62,157 nt of DNA from Promethearchaeia archaeon (GTDB taxonomy: Archaea; Asgardarchaeota; Lokiarchaeia; Sigyniarchaeales; SOKP01): NCBI GenBank assembly GCA_029856125.1, contig JAHQWJ010000012.1, positions 1 through 62,157 of the forward strand. The letters run 5' to 3'. Every line of letters begins with the position of its first letter. Position 1 is the first letter of the stretch. A model generated the notes under the pieces. The model did no database searches. It had not been told where the DNA came from and worked only from the letters and a program-made list of their open reading frames with translations. Positions 58,665 to 62,157 of the stretch are shown here, in pieces. Made by a program: the position numbers and the translations under genes.

Positions 58665-58960
58665 AATACGGATCGATGGGGTAGGCAATACGGAAATGCT
58701 TTGGTAAACTGAGTAAAAGCTACATCTTCTGCATCCATTTTAATCAGTTCACTTACATTTTCCAAAACATCTTTTTGTGTTGTATATAAGTCTGTCTTAA
58801 TCCCTTTAGTCTCAAGTTTTTTGATTAATGAACTAAGATGTTCAATTATTACTGTTCCGTTATTATCTTTAAATCTTTTAAAATCTTTCTTGCAAATTTC
58901 TGATACATATGCTACATCCGGTTTCTTAGGATATCTCTCTTTTGATAAGGCATATGACAT
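58661..58960 (-). CDS. Hypothetical protein (~99 aa; likely start ATG 58960)
   Basis: GAGGTG SD-like motif upstream of MSYALSKERYP; ends FPYCLPHRSVF. Confidence 0.55.
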   Translation of the reverse strand: MSYALSKERYPKKPDVAYVSEICKKDFKRFKDNNGTVIIEHLSSLIKKLETKGIKTDLYTTQKDVLENVSELIKMDAEDVAFTQFTKAFPYCLPHRSVF

Positions 58961-59171
58961 TTTTTTTTTCCACACCTCTATAGAAGAATACCAAAGAGTA
59001 TTCTCTAAGTTACATAGCAACATTAATATTTATAATTATTTACACGACATCATTTTCATAAGGAGAGAAGGGTAATTTTAATATTGAGAATTAACTCTAA
59101 TTTAGTGTAGTTAAGAAATAATATATAATATCTAAAACATATAAAAAAATAAATAAAAATTAGGCGCTATA

Positions 59172-60461
59172 TTGATTATGGCTAAAAGTGACTACTTTAT
59201 AGGGGAAGCCCTTTTGGGTGCTGAAGAAAACTTAGCACATATAGATTTAATAATTGGTTCAAAAGATGGTCCCGTTGGGGTATCTTTTGCAAATGCACTT
59301 AGTTCTCCTTCAATAGGCCATGGGGGACTTTTAGCATGCATTAGACCAAATCTTCTTACAAAACCAATTAGTCTTGTTATACCTAAAGTAACAGTCTCAA
59401 AAATGGAAGAAGCAAATAAAATTTTTGGACCCGCTCAAGCTGCCGTTGCTAAAGCAATAGCCGATGCAGTAGAAGAAAATATCATACCCATGAATAAACT
59501 AGATGAATGGTTACTTATCGTAAGTGTCTTTATTCACCCCGATGCAAAGGATTATAGGAAAATCTATCAATACAATTATAGCGCAACGAAACTAGCGATT
59601 AAAAGAGCATTAATGAATTACCCACCAATTGAGAAAATTTTCTACGATAAAGATCGAGCAAAACACCCTGTTGCGGGAATCCGAGTACCAAGGCTTTGGA
59701 GACCACCATATATCCAAGTTGCTTTGGATCACCCAAATATAGAACATCATATGAAAGTGTTAAAACAATTACCTAAGAGCGACAGAATTATCTTAGAAAT
59801 TGGAACTCCATTTCTCAAGAAATATGGTATGGAAGCAATAAAAAGAGTAAGGGAAGTAGCCCCTGAAAAATTTATTGTGGCAGATTTAAAAACACTGGAC
59901 GTAGGAAAATTAGAAGTAGATTTTGCATTTGACGCGACTGCAGATGCTGTTGTTGCAAGTGGTTTAGCGGCACCCTCATCTATTGATAAATTTCTTTTAG
60001 AAGCTAATCGTATGGCAATTTATGGTTTTGTTGACACTATGGAAGTAGAGGATCCTATAGCAAAATTAAGCAAATTAAAACAAGTCCCTGATGTTGTCAT
60101 TTTACATCGAGCAATTGATGTAGAACAAGCAACGGGTTCAGAATCATCAGATGCAGCTCAAAAAGCAAGATGGGGAGTTATTCCTAAAATTAAGGAATTA
60201 TATAAAGACCAAAAATTAGCGTCTGGTCGAGACCGCGTTTTAGTTGCCGTTGCAGGAGGAATTGATCCAAATACTGCCAAATATGCTATAGATATGGGAG
60301 CAGATATTTTAATAGTTGGACGATTTATTACATCATCTAAAGATGTTGAAAATTCCATGAGGAGATTACTCAATATCATGCCAGGGTATTCTGATATTGA
60401 CTTAAAGAGAATTCATACCGAAGATGACGATAATTCTGTAAAAAAGCCTAAATGGGATTAA
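59172..60461 (+). CDS. fae-hps: Bifunctional formaldehyde-activating enzyme / 3-hexulose-6-phosphate synthase
   Basis: Fae: IGEALLG, AHIDLIIG, GPAQAAVAKA, VFIHP, YNYSATK; Hps: QVALD, EIGTP, ADLKTLD, LHRAID, VAGGI, VGR. Confidence 0.93.
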   Translation: MIMAKSDYFIGEALLGAEENLAHIDLIIGSKDGPVGVSFANALSSPSIGHGGLLACIRPNLLTKPISLVIPKVTVSKMEEANKIFGPAQAAVAKAIADAVEENIIPMNKLDEWLLIVSVFIHPDAKDYRKIYQYNYSATKLAIKRALMNYPPIEKIFYDKDRAKHPVAGIRVPRLWRPPYIQVALDHPNIEHHMKVLKQLPKSDRIILEIGTPFLKKYGMEAIKRVREVAPEKFIVADLKTLDVGKLEVDFAFDATADAVVASGLAAPSSIDKFLLEANRMAIYGFVDTMEVEDPIAKLSKLKQVPDVVILHRAIDVEQATGSESSDAAQKARWGVIPKIKELYKDQKLASGRDRVLVAVAGGIDPNTAKYAIDMGADILIVGRFITSSKDVENSMRRLLNIMPGYSDIDLKRIHTEDDDNSVKKPKWD

Positions 60462-60524
60462 AATAATTATTTTAAAATATATTCCCTCTTCTTTTTAAAA
60501 CAATTTAAAGTTCATTAAATACAC

Positions 60525-60761
60525 TCAATTCATTAAAGCATAAGTGTAAATTATTAAGAAACAGCTTGTAAAAATTAATGTTAGAAGCGTAATCTTTCTC
60601 ACATTATATAATTTTTTCTGTTTATTCTTAAATTTAGCTTGTTCCTCAAAAGTTGTTCTAGGAGCCATAGGTTTGAAAGTATCAACCGAATCATCTTACC
60701 ACATCTGATCTACTTTTTGTGGGCGATACTCCTGGAAACCATATTTTGCAATGAATTCCAC
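60525..60761 (-). pseudogene. Possible degraded gene, or a 47-aa TM microprotein (60525..60668)
   Basis: Frame VEFIAKYGFQEYRPQKVDQMW*DDSVDTFKPMAPRTTFEEQAKFK...TM with one internal TAA at 60696-60698; higher GC than flanks. Confidence 0.3.
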
Positions 60762-61091
60762 TTATTTAAATTCTCAAATCTTTTTCTTTTTTTTCTATAA
60801 TCCGATTTTAATTACGATAATAATTTATTATTTCCAAGTTAGTTTTTTTTCTTTTATTTTTAAGCAGTAAAGTGTTGAACAAATCTTTATATTATATATA
60901 TTTACACAAAGATTATACGATGAAATTTAAGAAAACACTTATTATATTTATGCCCCAATAAAATCCTATACAATAAAAGCATTTAAAACTTTAAAAAAAA
61001 TAGATGATAATTTATTATGTTAGATAATATTGCACGATAAGTAGAATAACTTGTATAAATTAAAAATTTTAAATATATTTCCTTTAGATAA

Positions 61092-61862
61092 ATGAAGAAA
61101 AAAATGAAGAAAACAGGTAAAAAATCAAAAGAACCAGAAATAAACCAGCAAAGCTTTGTTTACTCACAAGACACACCCCAAAGAATGGTTCTCATCCCTG
61201 GTGGAGAATTTATTATGGGAAAAGATAGTGATTATGAAGCTGATTTTAGTCCAGCGCATAAAGTACAGGTCGATTCGTTTTATATTGACAAGCATGAAGT
61301 AGCTAATGCTGAGTATTACAAGTTTTGCCAGGAAACAGGGCATAATTTACCAGAATTTTGGGAAGTTGAAATATTTCGTTGCGGAAAGGATTTTCCGAGT
61401 CATCCGGTAGTTGGTGTAAATTGGTCTGATGCAAAAGAATATGCTGAGTGGGCTGGAAAGCGATTACCAACCGAAGCTGAATGGGAATATGCTGCTAGAG
61501 GAAAACTTATTGATAATGAATATCCTACAAGTAACGAATGGACTATTCCATTAAGAAGAAACATGCCAGGAGAAGGTTGGGAAAATTTAATTATAGAAGT
61601 TGACAGTCATGATTCAAATGCTTATGGATTGTTCAATATGTCAGGGAATATTTGGGAATGGGTTTGGGATAGATATAATGAAGAATACTATAATGAAAGT
61701 CCTTATAGTAATCCTAAAGGCCCCGAAAAGGGTACTCTGAGGGTTGTTCGCGGTGGAAGTTGGCATTCTGGCAAAACTTGTAAAAAAGTATATTACCGAA
61801 AAGGACTTCCTTCAAATTGGGTCGATTTTGCTGTAGGGTTTCGGTGCGCTAAGGATCTTTAA
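61092..61862 (+). CDS. Formylglycine-generating enzyme (SUMF1/FGE-sulfatase) domain protein
   Basis: IPGGEFIMG, HPVVGVNW, RLPTEAEWEYAARG, NAYGLFNMSGNIWEW, RGGSW, GFRC. Confidence 0.9.
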   Translation: MKKKMKKTGKKSKEPEINQQSFVYSQDTPQRMVLIPGGEFIMGKDSDYEADFSPAHKVQVDSFYIDKHEVANAEYYKFCQETGHNLPEFWEVEIFRCGKDFPSHPVVGVNWSDAKEYAEWAGKRLPTEAEWEYAARGKLIDNEYPTSNEWTIPLRRNMPGEGWENLIIEVDSHDSNAYGLFNMSGNIWEWVWDRYNEEYYNESPYSNPKGPEKGTLRVVRGGSWHSGKTCKKVYYRKGLPSNWVDFAVGFRCAKDL

Positions 61863-62082
61863 TATTTTAAGTTTAATGCAAATCTGAGATAAGTACGAGT
61901 TAAAACCTACCGAATTAACAGGATTCTTGAACTTCTAATAAGAAATAATTATTTTTTCGACAAATTATACTTTTCTAAGATTTTAAAGAGAAAATTATAA
62001 TGTAAAAATATTTATTTATTAGGAATGGTTCTTATTTCAGCAATGGATACATGATTTTAGCTTGAAATATTTATTTAGAATT

Positions 62083-62157
62083 ATGACAATTAAATTAAGA
62101 TGTACGGTTTGTGAAGAGATTACAGAACATGATGTTTTAGAAAGATATGGAGAATAT
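62083..62157 (+). CDS. Partial ORF, probable Zn-ribbon protein running off the window
   Basis: MTIKLRCTVCEEITEHDVLERYGEY, open to the end. Confidence 0.45.
   Translation, partial: MTIKLRCTVCEEITEHDVLERYGEY

Noticed and set aside
1132-60379. Many 60-180 aa ORFs antisense to or nested in long genes (e.g. 1132..1338, 3335..3601, 5235..5588, 21049..21582, 45032..45343, 60158..60379)
   Set aside because: Shadow frames of well-supported genes, with no motifs
1-62157. tRNA/rRNA genes, CRISPR arrays, IS elements, integrases, selenoprotein UGA read-through
   Set aside because: By eye I found no GC-rich cloverleaf or rRNA segment, no spaced repeat array, no transposase or recombinase motif and no gene interrupted by an in-frame TGA; tRNAscan-SE and Infernal would be needed to exclude small RNAs

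Overview
AT-rich (~30% GC by eye), densely coding archaeal chromosome segment, most likely from an Asgard archaeon of the Lokiarchaeia type. This is an inference from archaeal information-processing genes (TFB, Rpo7/Spt4/Rpo10, S24e/S27ae/S28e/S6e/L7Ae/L24e, Kae1/Bud32, Taw1) combined with many eukaryote-signature-like genes: three Rab-like and one Arf/Rag-like GTPase, two roadblock proteins, a TPR-longin-like protein, a gelsolin-like protein and a stand-alone EF-2 with a non-canonical diphthamide loop. I saw no rRNA, tRNA, CRISPR array, transposase or integrase. Main observations: (1) a ~5.3 kb four-gene cassette (wHTH-TPR regulator, membrane protein, TPR-longin-like protein, Rab-like GTPase with DxxG->DxxA) bounded by a 73/74-bp direct repeat starting at the rpoN stop codon; (2) a CoA-transferase-GNAT fusion lacking the catalytic Glu and divergent from acs, a candidate acyl-CoA-sensing Acs acetyltransferase; (3) two tandem unannotated 23-aa ORFs with strong SD motifs upstream of EF-2; (4) a 1252-aa pseudo-GTPase/helical-repeat protein; (5) an S28e gene with no ATG/GTG/TTG start; (6) a Taw1 with an inserted winged helix; (7) a half-length Cdc48 beside a protein with tandem UIM-like repeats. 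All family calls come from motif recognition by eye; no database searches were run.
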